A stretch of DNA of 64,000 nucleotides from the NCBI GenBank assembly GCA_026004675.1, contig BPJP01000002.1:653335-717334 (forward strand), read 5' to 3'. Position numbers and translations under genes: made by a program. Positions 37,996 through 47,212 of the stretch are shown here, one piece after another (positions within the stretch are counted from its first letter, which is position 1; each line of letters begins with the position of its first letter). This DNA comes from Gemmatales bacterium. Its GTDB lineage: Bacteria; Planctomycetota; Planctomycetia; Gemmatales; Gemmataceae. Below the pieces are notes generated by a model. That model made no database searches. It saw only the letters and a program-made list of their open reading frames with translations, and was not told the origin of the DNA.

Positions 37996-39191
37996 TGTTC
38001 ATCCTCGTGGCCAATCTCGGGAGTACGTCTTTCAAATACCGTCTTTTCGACATGACGGACGAAAGGCTGCTTGCGCGTGGCGGTGTCGAACGCATCGGCT
38101 CCGACAAGAGCAGGTCTTTTGTTCAAGTGGGCGAGCAAAGAGCGGAAAACGAGCAGCGCGTTGCCGACCACGCGGAAGCCGTCCGCATCTGCCTCGACCA
38201 CCTGGTCGAGCTTGGCTGCTTGCAGACGCCGGACGATTTGGCGGGTATCGGTTTCAAGGCTGTGCATGCCGAGGGCGTCACAGGCGTTCATCGCATCGAT
38301 GAACGTGTCCTCGAGGCCATGGAGTCTTATGCGGATGTCGCGCCGGCTCACAATCCGCCGTATGTCGCCGCCATGCGCTTGTTGGCGGAGCGATTGCCTG
38401 CTATCCCGCTGGTTGCGGCATTCGAAACAGGATTTCACGAGACGATCCCGCCGGCATTGCGCCACTATGCAGTCCCCAAGGAATGGGCTGACCAATTCGG
38501 CATCAAGCGTTGGGGTTTTCACGGTGCGAGCCACCGCTACATTGCCGAGCGCGCTGCGGCACTCCTGCAGAATCCGAAAGCGAAAATCATTTCGTGCCAC
38601 CTGGGAGGAAGCAGTTCGCTGTGCGCGATCGAAGCGGGCAAATCGGTGGCCAACAGTCTGGGAATGAGTCCCCAAAGCGGTTTGCCGCACAATAACCGCG
38701 TTGGCGATTTCGATCCCTTCGCCTTACCGGCCATCATGCGGGCGACTCGAAAGCCGCTCGAAGAAATCCTGGAGGATCTTGCCAGTAGATCGGGTCTTCT
38801 CGGATTGAGCGGCTCGAGCAACGATCTACGCGACATCGAAGCCGCGGCCAAGAAAGGCGACGCCAGGGCGCAACTTGCGCTCGACGTTTTCGTGGCATCG
38901 GTTCGACAGTACCTCGGTGCCTACCTGCTATTACTCAATGGCGCGGATGCCATCGTCTTTACCGGAGGCATCGGTGAGAATTCCGCGACCATCCGTGCTG
39001 CCGTCTGCGATCGGCTCGACTGGTTCGGCATCGCCCTTGATCCAGCCTGCAATCTCGCGGCGAGTGGGGAAACGCCCATTCATGACCGCACGAGTCGGGT
39101 GCAGATCTGGACGATGCCCACCAATGAAGAACTTATCGTAGCCCGGCAGACACGGGAATGGTTGCTTCGATCGTCTCAGTCGACCGGCTAA
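37995..39191 (+). CDS. ackA: acetate/propionate kinase
   Basis: [17 protein letters not shown]-terminus, acetokinase motifs, 398 aa. ATG overlaps the BMC-H stop (TAATG). Confidence 0.9.
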   Translation: MFILVANLGSTSFKYRLFDMTDERLLARGGVERIGSDKSRSFVQVGEQRAENEQRVADHAEAVRICLDHLVELGCLQTPDDLAGIGFKAVHAEGVTGVHRIDERVLEAMESYADVAPAHNPPYVAAMRLLAERLPAIPLVAAFETGFHETIPPALRHYAVPKEWADQFGIKRWGFHGASHRYIAERAAALLQNPKAKIISCHLGGSSSLCAIEAGKSVANSLGMSPQSGLPHNNRVGDFDPFALPAIMRATRKPLEEILEDLASRSGLLGLSGSSNDLRDIEAAAKKGDARAQLALDVFVASVRQYLGAYLLLLNGADAIVFTGGIGENSATIRAAVCDRLDWFGIALDPACNLAASGETPIHDRTSRVQIWTMPTNEELIVARQTREWLLRSSQSTG

Positions 39192-39221
39192 AAGGGCAGG
39201 ATTCGTGAAAGCGAGAAAGCC

Positions 39222-39533
39222 ATGTTTCTAGCCCGCGTCACAGGCAGTGTGGTTTCAACGCAGAAGCTCGATTCGATGACCGGCCGCAAGTTGCTGACCG
39301 TCGAACCGATGCGTATCGATCCCCAGAACCGCGACCGGTTGATCGGCGTTGGCCGAACGTTTGTCTGCGTCGATACCGTCGGCGCTGGGCAAGGTGAAAT
39401 GGTGCTAATCGTTCAGGGGTCGAGTGCACGGATGACGCCAGAGACTGAAAAGCTGCCAGTCGATGCAGCGATTATCGGCATCGTAGATACGGTTAATGTG
39501 GAAAGCAAGACGATATTCTCGGCTAGAGATTAA
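39222..39533 (+). CDS. BMC vertex pentamer protein (BMC-P, EutN/CcmL family)
   Basis: MFLARVTGSVVSTQKLDSMTGRKLLTVEP… 103 aa. Confidence 0.85.
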   Translation: MFLARVTGSVVSTQKLDSMTGRKLLTVEPMRIDPQNRDRLIGVGRTFVCVDTVGAGQGEMVLIVQGSSARMTPETEKLPVDAAIIGIVDTVNVESKTIFSARD

Positions 39534-39542
39534 GGGAACATC

Positions 39543-41066
39543 ATGCAAGTTTCACCAGAATTGATACAAAGTGTTGTCCAAGATGTTCTGCGTCATATGC
39601 GGAATGGTTCGCCGAAAGCAGGACGAAACGGCCACTCTGCAGCTTGGGGTGTCTTCGATCAGGTCGACGACGCCGTTGCCGCCGCGGTCGAAGCACAACG
39701 CGTCTTCGAACGCCGAAGCCTGGACGACCGGAAAAAAGCCGTCGATTGCATTCGCCGCATCTGCGTCGAACAGGCCGACTCTCTCGGTCGCGAAGAGATG
39801 CAGGAAACGAAGATCGGCCGGCTCGTGCATAAGATCGAAAAACTGAAGGTGGCAGCAGAACGGACTCCTGGTGTCGAGTTTCTCAAAACTGACGCCTTCA
39901 GCGGTTCCGCGGGCGTTGCCTTGACCGAGTATGCACCGTTCGGCGTCATTGGCGTGATAACGCCCGTCACCCATTCCCTGCCAACGCTCGCGGGCAATGC
40001 CATCAACATGCTCGCGGCCGGGAACGCTATCGTCTGCAATCCGCATCCCAGCGGCGCTGGAGTCGCGTGTCACGGCACGCAACTCTTCAACCAGGCCATC
40101 TATGATGCTATCGGCATCAACAATCTCATTACCATCATTGGCCAACCCACGCTCGAATCAGCGCAAGCGATCTTCGACCACCGCGATATTCGGCTTTTAT
40201 GCGTCACAGGCGGACCGGCTGTGGGGCGCGCCGCTTTGCGCAGTCCCAAACGGGCGATTGTCGCCGGGCCAGGCAACCCGCCCGTTGTCGTTGACGAAAC
40301 GGCCGACCTGGAAAACGCCGCCCGTTCGATCGTCAAAGGCGCCGGCTATGATAACAACCTGCTTTGCATCGGCGAAAAAGAGGTTTTCGCCGTCGCCGAG
40401 ATTTTCGACGAGTTATTGGAAATCATGACCCGTTGCAGGGCATTTCGCCTGAACCCGAACCAGGTCGATGCGCTGACGAAGGCAGCCCTGGCGCCGGCTT
40501 CCGATTCGGGACAAAAACTCGTCGTTCGAAAGGAGGCGCTTGGACAAGATGCCCGTGTGCTGGCCGAACTGGCCGGGGTCAATGTTCCTCCCGACACCGA
40601 AATCCTGGTCGGCGAAACGGAGGAAAGTCATCCGTTCGTCGACATCGAACAGATGATGCCCTTCGTCCCGTTTGTTCGCGTGCCCGACGTCGATGCCGCC
40701 ATCGAACTGGCCAAGAAGTACGAACACGGTTTCAAGCACACGGCCATCATCCATTCTCGCAACGTCGAGACCATGGCCCGCATGGCCCGGGAAATGGACA
40801 CAACCCTTTTTATTCAAAATGGGCCGAGCATGGCCGGTCTCGGCATCGGCGGCGAAGGCTATCTCAGTTTCAGTATCGCCACGCCGACGGGCGAGGGGGG
40901 TGACAACACCGTTGACCTTTACCCGTCAACGGCGCACGAGCAACATCGGAGTGAAAACCGAGAACTAGAATTCGGGTTTCATGTTCCTCGTTTCAAACTT
41001 ACGTGGCAGTTAACCCGGGCGATGGGTGAAGAGGGGAAGACGAGTGGTCGGTCTTTGTGTTACTGA
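39543..41066 (+). CDS. CoA-acylating aldehyde dehydrogenase (PduP/EutE-like)
   Basis: ALDH fold with catalytic Cys context (NNLLCIGEKE). N-terminal amphipathic helix (PELIQSVVQDVLRHMRN) typical of encapsulated AldDH. 507 aa. Confidence 0.85.
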   Translation: MQVSPELIQSVVQDVLRHMRNGSPKAGRNGHSAAWGVFDQVDDAVAAAVEAQRVFERRSLDDRKKAVDCIRRICVEQADSLGREEMQETKIGRLVHKIEKLKVAAERTPGVEFLKTDAFSGSAGVALTEYAPFGVIGVITPVTHSLPTLAGNAINMLAAGNAIVCNPHPSGAGVACHGTQLFNQAIYDAIGINNLITIIGQPTLESAQAIFDHRDIRLLCVTGGPAVGRAALRSPKRAIVAGPGNPPVVVDETADLENAARSIVKGAGYDNNLLCIGEKEVFAVAEIFDELLEIMTRCRAFRLNPNQVDALTKAALAPASDSGQKLVVRKEALGQDARVLAELAGVNVPPDTEILVGETEESHPFVDIEQMMPFVPFVRVPDVDAAIELAKKYEHGFKHTAIIHSRNVETMARMAREMDTTLFIQNGPSMAGLGIGGEGYLSFSIATPTGEGGDNTVDLYPSTAHEQHRSENRELEFGFHVPRFKLTWQLTRAMGEEGKTSGRSLCY

Positions 41067-41123
41067 TCAAATGCGCAAATAAATGACTCAAATTGGTTTC
41101 TAATTTCTGGTTTTGCTTTCGCC

Positions 41124-41387
41124 ATGCAACTTGCCATCGTCGTTGGTCATGCCGTTTCTACCGCCAAGCACATCAGCCTGGTCGGTTGGAAGCTGATGTT
41201 GGTGCAGCCTCTGACAAGTGACGGTCAAGGCGACGGCGATCCGGTGCTGGCTATCGACCGGCTCGGCGCTGGTATTGGCGACAGGGTGATTATTTCCAAC
41301 GACGGGGCCGGGGCCAGAGAACTGGTCGGTGCACGCAACTCTCCGGTTCGCTGGCTGATTCTAGGTTTATGCGAAGATGTCGGCTGA
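41124..41387 (+). CDS. BMC vertex pentamer protein (BMC-P), second paralog
   Basis: MQLAIVVGHAVSTAKHISLVGWKLMLVQPL…. Confidence 0.85.
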   Translation: MQLAIVVGHAVSTAKHISLVGWKLMLVQPLTSDGQGDGDPVLAIDRLGAGIGDRVIISNDGAGARELVGARNSPVRWLILGLCEDVG

Positions 41388-42018
41388 CGGACCACATAAC
41401 GGATGTCTGCATTGGCCGGCCCGCGTGCTGACCGGCAGCGACCTCCGTGTTTCATGGCATGGCCAGCGCGAACTGGTCGTTGGTGAAAACACTATCATCA
41501 CGCCATTGGCGATGGATTATGTTCGCGCCCACAACATTCGGCTCACCCGGCAGCCGACACCGACAGCGAATGGAACCAAGCGCGCAGCGACGGGAATTGC
41601 TTTAGCTTGCGACTCGCGTTTTTCACAAATGTCGGCCGTGCTGGTTGCGTTAAAGCGCGAAAACATTGAGTTTGCCCAGGTCGCCACTCTGGCCGGGAGT
41701 ATCGCTGAACAGGCACATTCCTTCGCCGAACAATTGGCCAGCGAGCTTTTTCAGGCGGTCGCGATCGTGTGTGACAATGCCGGCCTTGCCTGCTGCATTG
41801 CCAACAAGGTTCGCCGGGTGCGAGCCGTCGCGGTCGCCTCGGTCAACGAAGTTGCCAAGGCTTTGTCGTCCTTTGGAGCGAACTACTTCGCGCTCGATGT
41901 GGAGGGACGGACTTTCTTCGAGTTGAAGCAGATGCTCAAAACCATTGCTGCTGCGAAAAACGCCAATTGCCCTGTTCCCGTGCAACGACTTCTGGAGGAA
42001 ATTGATGCGCATCGCTGA
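41377..42018 (+). CDS. RpiB/LacA/LacB-family sugar-phosphate isomerase-like protein with about 70 aa N-terminal extension
   Basis: Core resembles RpiB motifs: IALACDS (compare GCDH), VCDNAGLACCIANKVRRVRAV (compare ICGTGIGMSIAANKFxGIRAA), SSFGANYFALDVEGR (compare HNDANVLxxGxR). The extension contains the amphipathic stretch ELVVGENTIITPLAMDYVRAHNIRL. Exact start uncertain because of the overlap with the upstream gene. Confidence 0.55.
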   Translation: MSADGPHNGCLHWPARVLTGSDLRVSWHGQRELVVGENTIITPLAMDYVRAHNIRLTRQPTPTANGTKRAATGIALACDSRFSQMSAVLVALKRENIEFAQVATLAGSIAEQAHSFAEQLASELFQAVAIVCDNAGLACCIANKVRRVRAVAVASVNEVAKALSSFGANYFALDVEGRTFFELKQMLKTIAAAKNANCPVPVQRLLEEIDAHR

Positions 42019-42295
42019 AGTCATCGGCAATGTGACCTTATCGCGCTGCCATCCTTCGCTCGTCGGAGCACGTTGGCTGGTTGCGGTTCCATTCAGCCTG
42101 GAGGGCCTTCGACGGGGTGCTCCCGACCGCGAAGACGTGGTGGTTTACGACGGCGTGGGAGCGGGCGTTGGCAGCCAAATCGGCGTCAGTGAAGGAGCCG
42201 AAGCAGCCATGCCCTTTTACCCGGAACGAAAACCTGTCGATGCCTACGCCGCCTGCATCCTGGACAAAGTCACAATCGAGACTCTGACTCAGTAA
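42005..42295 (+). CDS. BMC vertex pentamer protein (BMC-P), third paralog
   Basis: MRIAEVIGNVTLSRCHPSLVGARWLVAVPF… (EutN/CcmL fold). ATG at 42005, internal to the longer ORF in the track. Confidence 0.8.
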   Translation: MRIAEVIGNVTLSRCHPSLVGARWLVAVPFSLEGLRRGAPDREDVVVYDGVGAGVGSQIGVSEGAEAAMPFYPERKPVDAYAACILDKVTIETLTQ

Positions 42296-42436
42296 TCACC
42301 GCCGAGAGCGCGAAGAATGCGGAGCGTGGAACAAGAATTGGCAATCGACTCAGCGTTCTCGGCGTCTCTGCGGTGAGTTGTCTTGAACGCAACTTTCGGA
42401 AATTCGCACCACTGCGGTGAGTATCAGGAGTAACAA

Positions 42437-43276
42437 ATGAACGAATACAAACTGCGAGAACAGATCTGTGAAATCGGTCGGCGCGTCTATAACAAGGGTT
42501 TTGCCGCCGCCAACGACGGCAATATCAGCGTTCGCCTTAACGATCGTGAAGTGTTGTGTACGCCGACGATGGTTTCCAAAGGCTTTATGAAGCCCGAAGA
42601 CCTTTGCGTTGTTGACTACGACGGCAACCAGCTTCGGGGAACGAAACGGCGGACGAGCGAAATTCTTTTGCATCTGGCTGTCTACAAGACTCGTGCCGAT
42701 GTGCAAGCCGTTGTCCACTGCCATCCGCCTCATGCCACAGCCTTTGCCGTCGCCCGCGAGCCGATTCCCAAATGCATCCTCCCCGAAGTCGAAGTCTTCC
42801 TGGGTGAAGTGCCCATGGCGGAATATGCCACGCCGGGCACTCAGGAATTCGCCAACACGATTATTCCATATGTCAAGGATTGCAACACGATCATTCTCGC
42901 CAACCACGGCACGGTGACATTTGGTCCTGACGTCGAAAAAGCCTATTTCAATTCAGAAATCATCGATGCCTATTGTCATATACTTCTCCTTGCCCGGCAG
43001 TTGGGACGCATCAACTATTTCACGGAAGCAGAGACCAAAGAGTTGCTCGACATCAAAAAGCGTCTCGGCTACGACGACCCGCGCTTGCGTTGCGACAATT
43101 GCGATTTGTGCGGCAACAGCATATTCGGCCGTGGCTACAGCGACTTTGTCCCCGAACCCAAAGCTTTCAAACGCGAAGACATAACCTCGCCTTCCAAAAA
43201 CGGTGTGGCGATCAACAACCTCGAATCTCTTGTCAAACTGATCACCGATCAGGTGATGGCACAGCTGGGAGGGTAG
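42437..43276 (+). CDS. class II aldolase (L-fuculose-/L-rhamnulose-1-phosphate aldolase family) with about 70 aa C-terminal extension
   Basis: Aldolase_II motifs (…GFAAANDGNISVRL…, HCHPPHATAFA). The extension carries a CxxCxxC segment (CDNCDLCG) and ends with the amphipathic helix INNLESLVKLITDQVMAQL. Confidence 0.85.
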   Translation: MNEYKLREQICEIGRRVYNKGFAAANDGNISVRLNDREVLCTPTMVSKGFMKPEDLCVVDYDGNQLRGTKRRTSEILLHLAVYKTRADVQAVVHCHPPHATAFAVAREPIPKCILPEVEVFLGEVPMAEYATPGTQEFANTIIPYVKDCNTIILANHGTVTFGPDVEKAYFNSEIIDAYCHILLLARQLGRINYFTEAETKELLDIKKRLGYDDPRLRCDNCDLCGNSIFGRGYSDFVPEPKAFKREDITSPSKNGVAINNLESLVKLITDQVMAQLGG

Positions 43277-43341
43277 TGCCGATCGAAAGGTAGTGATGGG
43301 CTTCGGTCTGCGTACATGTTTGCAAAAACGAGGAATCGATT

Positions 43342-44370
43342 ATGAAAGTCAGCATCATCGGCGGCGGAGGACTTGTGGGCAGCATGACCGCTTTCGCTCT
43401 GCAATGCGGCGGCACCGCCAGCGACATCTGTTTGATTGACGCCAATCACGATTTGGCTCTTGGACAGGCGACCGATCTGCTGCACGGCTCGAGTCTGGTT
43501 GCCGACCAGCGTATCCATGCCGGCGACATGAGCGAAGTCAAAAACAGCGATGTCATCATAATCACGGCCGGCCTGAGACGAAAACCCGATGAAAGCCGAT
43601 TGGACCTCATCAACCGCAACGTCGATCTCTTCTTGTCCATCCTCGACCAGGCGAAATCCGCCGGTATCAAGGAAAACGCCTACCTTATCGTTGTCAGCAA
43701 TCCCGTCGACGTGTTGACCTACCTGGCCGTGCAGCGTTCGGGGTTGCCCTGGCAACGTGTCATCGGCCTGGGCACTCAACTCGACACGGCACGGCTTCGC
43801 AGTTATCTGGCCCAACGGCTTCGTGTTCCTCCAACGCAGGTGCAGGCGCTGATCCTCGGCGAACATGGCGACAGCATGACTCCTATCTGGTCGAGTGCGA
43901 CCATCGCCGGTTTGCCGATGGAACAATGGCCCGGCTTTACTCCCATGCTCCAGCGTGAGGTTTTTGAAGAGACAAGGAAAGCAGGCGCGACCGTCATCAA
44001 ACTCAAGGGAGGATCGGGATTCGCGGTCGGCTTGTCGATCCGGGAAGTGGTCGACTCGATTCTGCGTGACAGCCGGCGGGTGTTGCCGATCAGTTCCCTG
44101 CAACACGGCTGTTACGGCATCCACGACGTCTGTTTGTCGGTGCCGACGGTGGTCGGTTGCGGCGGTGTCCGCGACCAGATCGAATTGCCGCTGACACCCA
44201 AGGAAAAATTAGGCATCCAACAATCGGCTCGCGTCTTGAGGGAAACGATCGATCAAGTCGAAGCTCGCATTGGCCGCAGCGCTCCGATGCCCTCGGTTCC
44301 ACGTACTCCGGTCGCCGCCGCGGTGGTTCATCAAGAGCGGCGCATTCCCCGCAGGGCTTGGGAAAGATGA
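43342..44370 (+). CDS. L-lactate/malate dehydrogenase family oxidoreductase
   Basis: Rossmann MKVSIIGGGGLVG, catalytic GEHGDSM context, 342 aa. Confidence 0.8.
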   Translation: MKVSIIGGGGLVGSMTAFALQCGGTASDICLIDANHDLALGQATDLLHGSSLVADQRIHAGDMSEVKNSDVIIITAGLRRKPDESRLDLINRNVDLFLSILDQAKSAGIKENAYLIVVSNPVDVLTYLAVQRSGLPWQRVIGLGTQLDTARLRSYLAQRLRVPPTQVQALILGEHGDSMTPIWSSATIAGLPMEQWPGFTPMLQREVFEETRKAGATVIKLKGGSGFAVGLSIREVVDSILRDSRRVLPISSLQHGCYGIHDVCLSVPTVVGCGGVRDQIELPLTPKEKLGIQQSARVLRETIDQVEARIGRSAPMPSVPRTPVAAAVVHQERRIPRRAWER

Positions 44371-44502
44371 GAGACGGGAGCAACTGCCCGAAATTGACGT
44401 ACTAGTAAGCGGCAAACTTAATTCTTCGTTCGTCGTTTTGCATCCTTCATTATTCGAAAAAGCGGCGTTTCCAATGAGCCAAGTGAGAAATACGGACAGC
44501 AT

Positions 44503-45720
44503 ATGATGAAGTCTCTCGACGCAAAACTGGCCCGCATTCACGCCGATCCGCACGGCGCCAAAGATTTTATCCTGGCCGATGCCAAGGACGCCGACATGGC
44601 CCTGGCCATCGGTGCTCCGGGGCGGTCGCCGGAAGCGCATGCTGGTGAAACCCGCTATCGCAGCCTGCAGGAATTCCGTGACATCATCGAACAAATCGTC
44701 GAGCAGGGTCTCGTCGACATCATGCTCATGTCGGCAAGTACGAATGAAGTGCTGACCATTCGAAAGCGGATTTTCGACAACAGCCATGTAACGCCGGCGG
44801 CTCGTGCCAACGATACGACCGACATTCACATCATCCGCGGTTCACGCTATCCGGTGTCGCCATCTTTGCCATTCCGCACCGCTACGCTCGATCATATCCA
44901 ATGCGGGCATCTCGATTGTTCGCCGGAAGAGCGATCTCTTGGTGCCGATCTCGGTTTATACAGCATCACGTTCAACAACGATCCGGTATTGGATCGCGAA
45001 GCCTTGGAGGAATACAAGCAGTTTCGGCTTGAGGCGGAACGCAAGAACTTTCGCCATTTCCTGGAAGTATTCGATCCAAATCGGCCCGAAGCCGTGGAAG
45101 CGAGCAAGGTGCCCGAGTTTATCAACGATGCCATCGTTCGCACGCTCGGCGGCGTGACGTCGAAAGGCAGGCCGTTGTTTCTGAAAATGGTCTACCATGG
45201 CCCAAAGGCGATGGAAGAACTTGTGCATTACGATCCGCATCTGGTCGTCGGCATTCTGGGCGGCTCAGCTGGGACGACTTACGATGCGTTCAAACTACTG
45301 AGTGAAGCGAAGAAGTACGGTGCCCGAGTGGCGCTTTTTGGCCGGAAAATCAATCATGCCGAAAACCAACTGGCCTTCATTTACTTTTTGCGCTTGATCG
45401 CTGATGGCGAAATTTCGGCCGAGGAAGCCGTCCGTGCCTACCACGGCGTATTGCAAGAACTTAACGTTCGACCTCATCGGTCGCTTGAAGACGACATGGT
45501 GCTGCAGACCAATATCATGAGTTACGGCGGCAATGGCAAAACAGTGAGTTTTCCGCCACGGCCCGTCGCAACAACGCCGGCAACGTCGAACGGGCAGACC
45601 TGCCGTTGCCAGTGTCAGGCCGAGGCGCGATCGCCGGAAAAAGAACCCGACTTCAGTCGAATGACCCCAGCCGAAAAGGTCGCTTATCACAAAGCCCGCT
45701 GGGATCGCATCCTTGGTTAA
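44503..45720 (+). CDS. putative TIM-barrel aldolase-like protein (class I aldolase/DhnA-like). Family assignment tentative.
   Basis: 405 aa soluble protein with an alternating beta/alpha pattern and a candidate Schiff-base Lys (FLKMVYHG). No decisive motif recognised. Confidence 0.35.
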   Translation: MMKSLDAKLARIHADPHGAKDFILADAKDADMALAIGAPGRSPEAHAGETRYRSLQEFRDIIEQIVEQGLVDIMLMSASTNEVLTIRKRIFDNSHVTPAARANDTTDIHIIRGSRYPVSPSLPFRTATLDHIQCGHLDCSPEERSLGADLGLYSITFNNDPVLDREALEEYKQFRLEAERKNFRHFLEVFDPNRPEAVEASKVPEFINDAIVRTLGGVTSKGRPLFLKMVYHGPKAMEELVHYDPHLVVGILGGSAGTTYDAFKLLSEAKKYGARVALFGRKINHAENQLAFIYFLRLIADGEISAEEAVRAYHGVLQELNVRPHRSLEDDMVLQTNIMSYGGNGKTVSFPPRPVATTPATSNGQTCRCQCQAEARSPEKEPDFSRMTPAEKVAYHKARWDRILG

Positions 45721-47099
45721 GCCAGCAGCTCTTTGATGACCTCGCCTCCGAATTGCGACAGTTGTTTGTATCGGCCTTCGGAATAGTACGTCAGCTTGTT
45801 ATCGTCCAGCCCCAGCAAATGCAGGATCGTAACGTGAAGGTCGCGAATCGGATGGACGAGCTCGGCTGCCTGGTCACCGATCTCATCCGTTGCCCCGATG
45901 GCATGGCCTGCTTTGACGCCTCCGCCGGCGAGCCAGACGACCATGGCCTTGGCGTTATGGTCTCGTCCTGCTTTTTTGCCGCCTCCGCGAATACCATTGT
46001 CGGGTGAGCGACCGAATTCGCCTGTGCAGATGATCAAGGTGTCGTCGAGCAGGCCCCGGCGTTTCAAATCCTGGATCAACCCCGCGAACGGCTTGTCGAC
46101 CGCGCGAATGCGGTTTGCATGCGAGCGAACGAGGTAATCGTGCGAATCCCAGCCGCCCGCGTAAAGTTGCACGAACCGAACCCCTTTTTCGATCAACCTG
46201 GCTGCCAGCAGGCAACGCCGTCCCACGTCCGCTGTGGCCGGATCATCCAGACCATAAAGTGCTTTTGTGCTGGCGCTTTCTTTCGACAAGTCGAGAATCT
46301 CTGGAACGCGTGATTGCATGCGAAAAGCCAACTCATACGATTGCATGCGTGCGGCGAGCTGGTCGTGAAATGGATGTCGCTTTTGATGTCTGGCATTGAG
46401 GTCCGATAAAAGATCGAGGTTCTTGCGTTGGATTTCTTTCGTTACTCCGGGAGGAGGGTTGAGGTCGAGGATCGGTGCCCCTTGGGCGCGAAGCGGCGTT
46501 CCCTGATAATGGGCGGGAAGAAATCCGTTTGACCAATTTCGAGCGCCTCCCTGCGGATGGTAGTGTTCCGGCAGGACGATAAAGCTCGGCAAATCCTGGT
46601 TTAACGTTCCCAGACCGTAACTGACCCAGGCGCCGACACCAGGGTCGGTGCCGAAGCGATTGCCAGTATTCATGTGATAGCAGGCGGTCGGGTGGTTGAT
46701 CGATTCCGCCTGCAAGCCGTGATAGATGCACAATTCATCGGCCACTCTGGCCAGATGCTCGTAATGTTCGCACATCCACAGCCCTGAGTTCCCCACCTGA
46801 CGAAAACGAAACGGGCTTTCGACAAAGTATCGCTTGCCGCTCGCCATAGCCGATGCGAATTTGTCCTTGCGGACGAATTCTTGCATATGCAGCTTTTTCA
46901 ACTTCGGTTTTGGATCAAAGGTGTCGATATGACTGGGGCCGCCTTCTAAAAAAAGAAAGATACAGGCCTTGGCTCGCGGCTTGTGATGGGGCGGTTTGGG
47001 AGCCAGCGGATTGGACGTTTCTTCCGCCTGCAAAAGGGCGTTGAACGCAGCTGTGCCTAACGTGGCGCCTAACCCGTAAAGGAACTCGCGACGCAACAT
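45717..47099 (-). CDS. DUF1501 family protein (sulfatase-like fold, Tat signal)
   Basis: Twin-arginine N-terminus MLRREFLYGLGATLGTAAF. Conserved DUF1501 blocks (…IFLFLEGGPSHIDTFDPKP…, GGWDSH, GEFGRSP). Confidence 0.85.
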   Translation of the reverse strand: MLRREFLYGLGATLGTAAFNALLQAEETSNPLAPKPPHHKPRAKACIFLFLEGGPSHIDTFDPKPKLKKLHMQEFVRKDKFASAMASGKRYFVESPFRFRQVGNSGLWMCEHYEHLARVADELCIYHGLQAESINHPTACYHMNTGNRFGTDPGVGAWVSYGLGTLNQDLPSFIVLPEHYHPQGGARNWSNGFLPAHYQGTPLRAQGAPILDLNPPPGVTKEIQRKNLDLLSDLNARHQKRHPFHDQLAARMQSYELAFRMQSRVPEILDLSKESASTKALYGLDDPATADVGRRCLLAARLIEKGVRFVQLYAGGWDSHDYLVRSHANRIRAVDKPFAGLIQDLKRRGLLDDTLIICTGEFGRSPDNGIRGGGKKAGRDHNAKAMVVWLAGGGVKAGHAIGATDEIGDQAAELVHPIRDLHVTILHLLGLDDNKLTYYSEGRYKQLSQFGGEVIKELLA

Positions 47100-47212
47100 G
47101 GGATTCTCGCTTTCTGTCTGTGGCTAGCCTTTATGCGCCGTTCGCTACCTGCCGATCGCTTAGCGCTTCAGTGTTTGGCGTCTACAGTAGAACAAAAACC
47201 ATTTTGTCTTGT

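Noticed and set aside
43342-44370. Annotating the LDH-family gene specifically as lactaldehyde reductase or malate dehydrogenase
   Set aside because: The sequence fits the LDH/MDH Rossmann family, but substrate-specificity residues cannot be assigned reliably by eye. Left as a family-level call.
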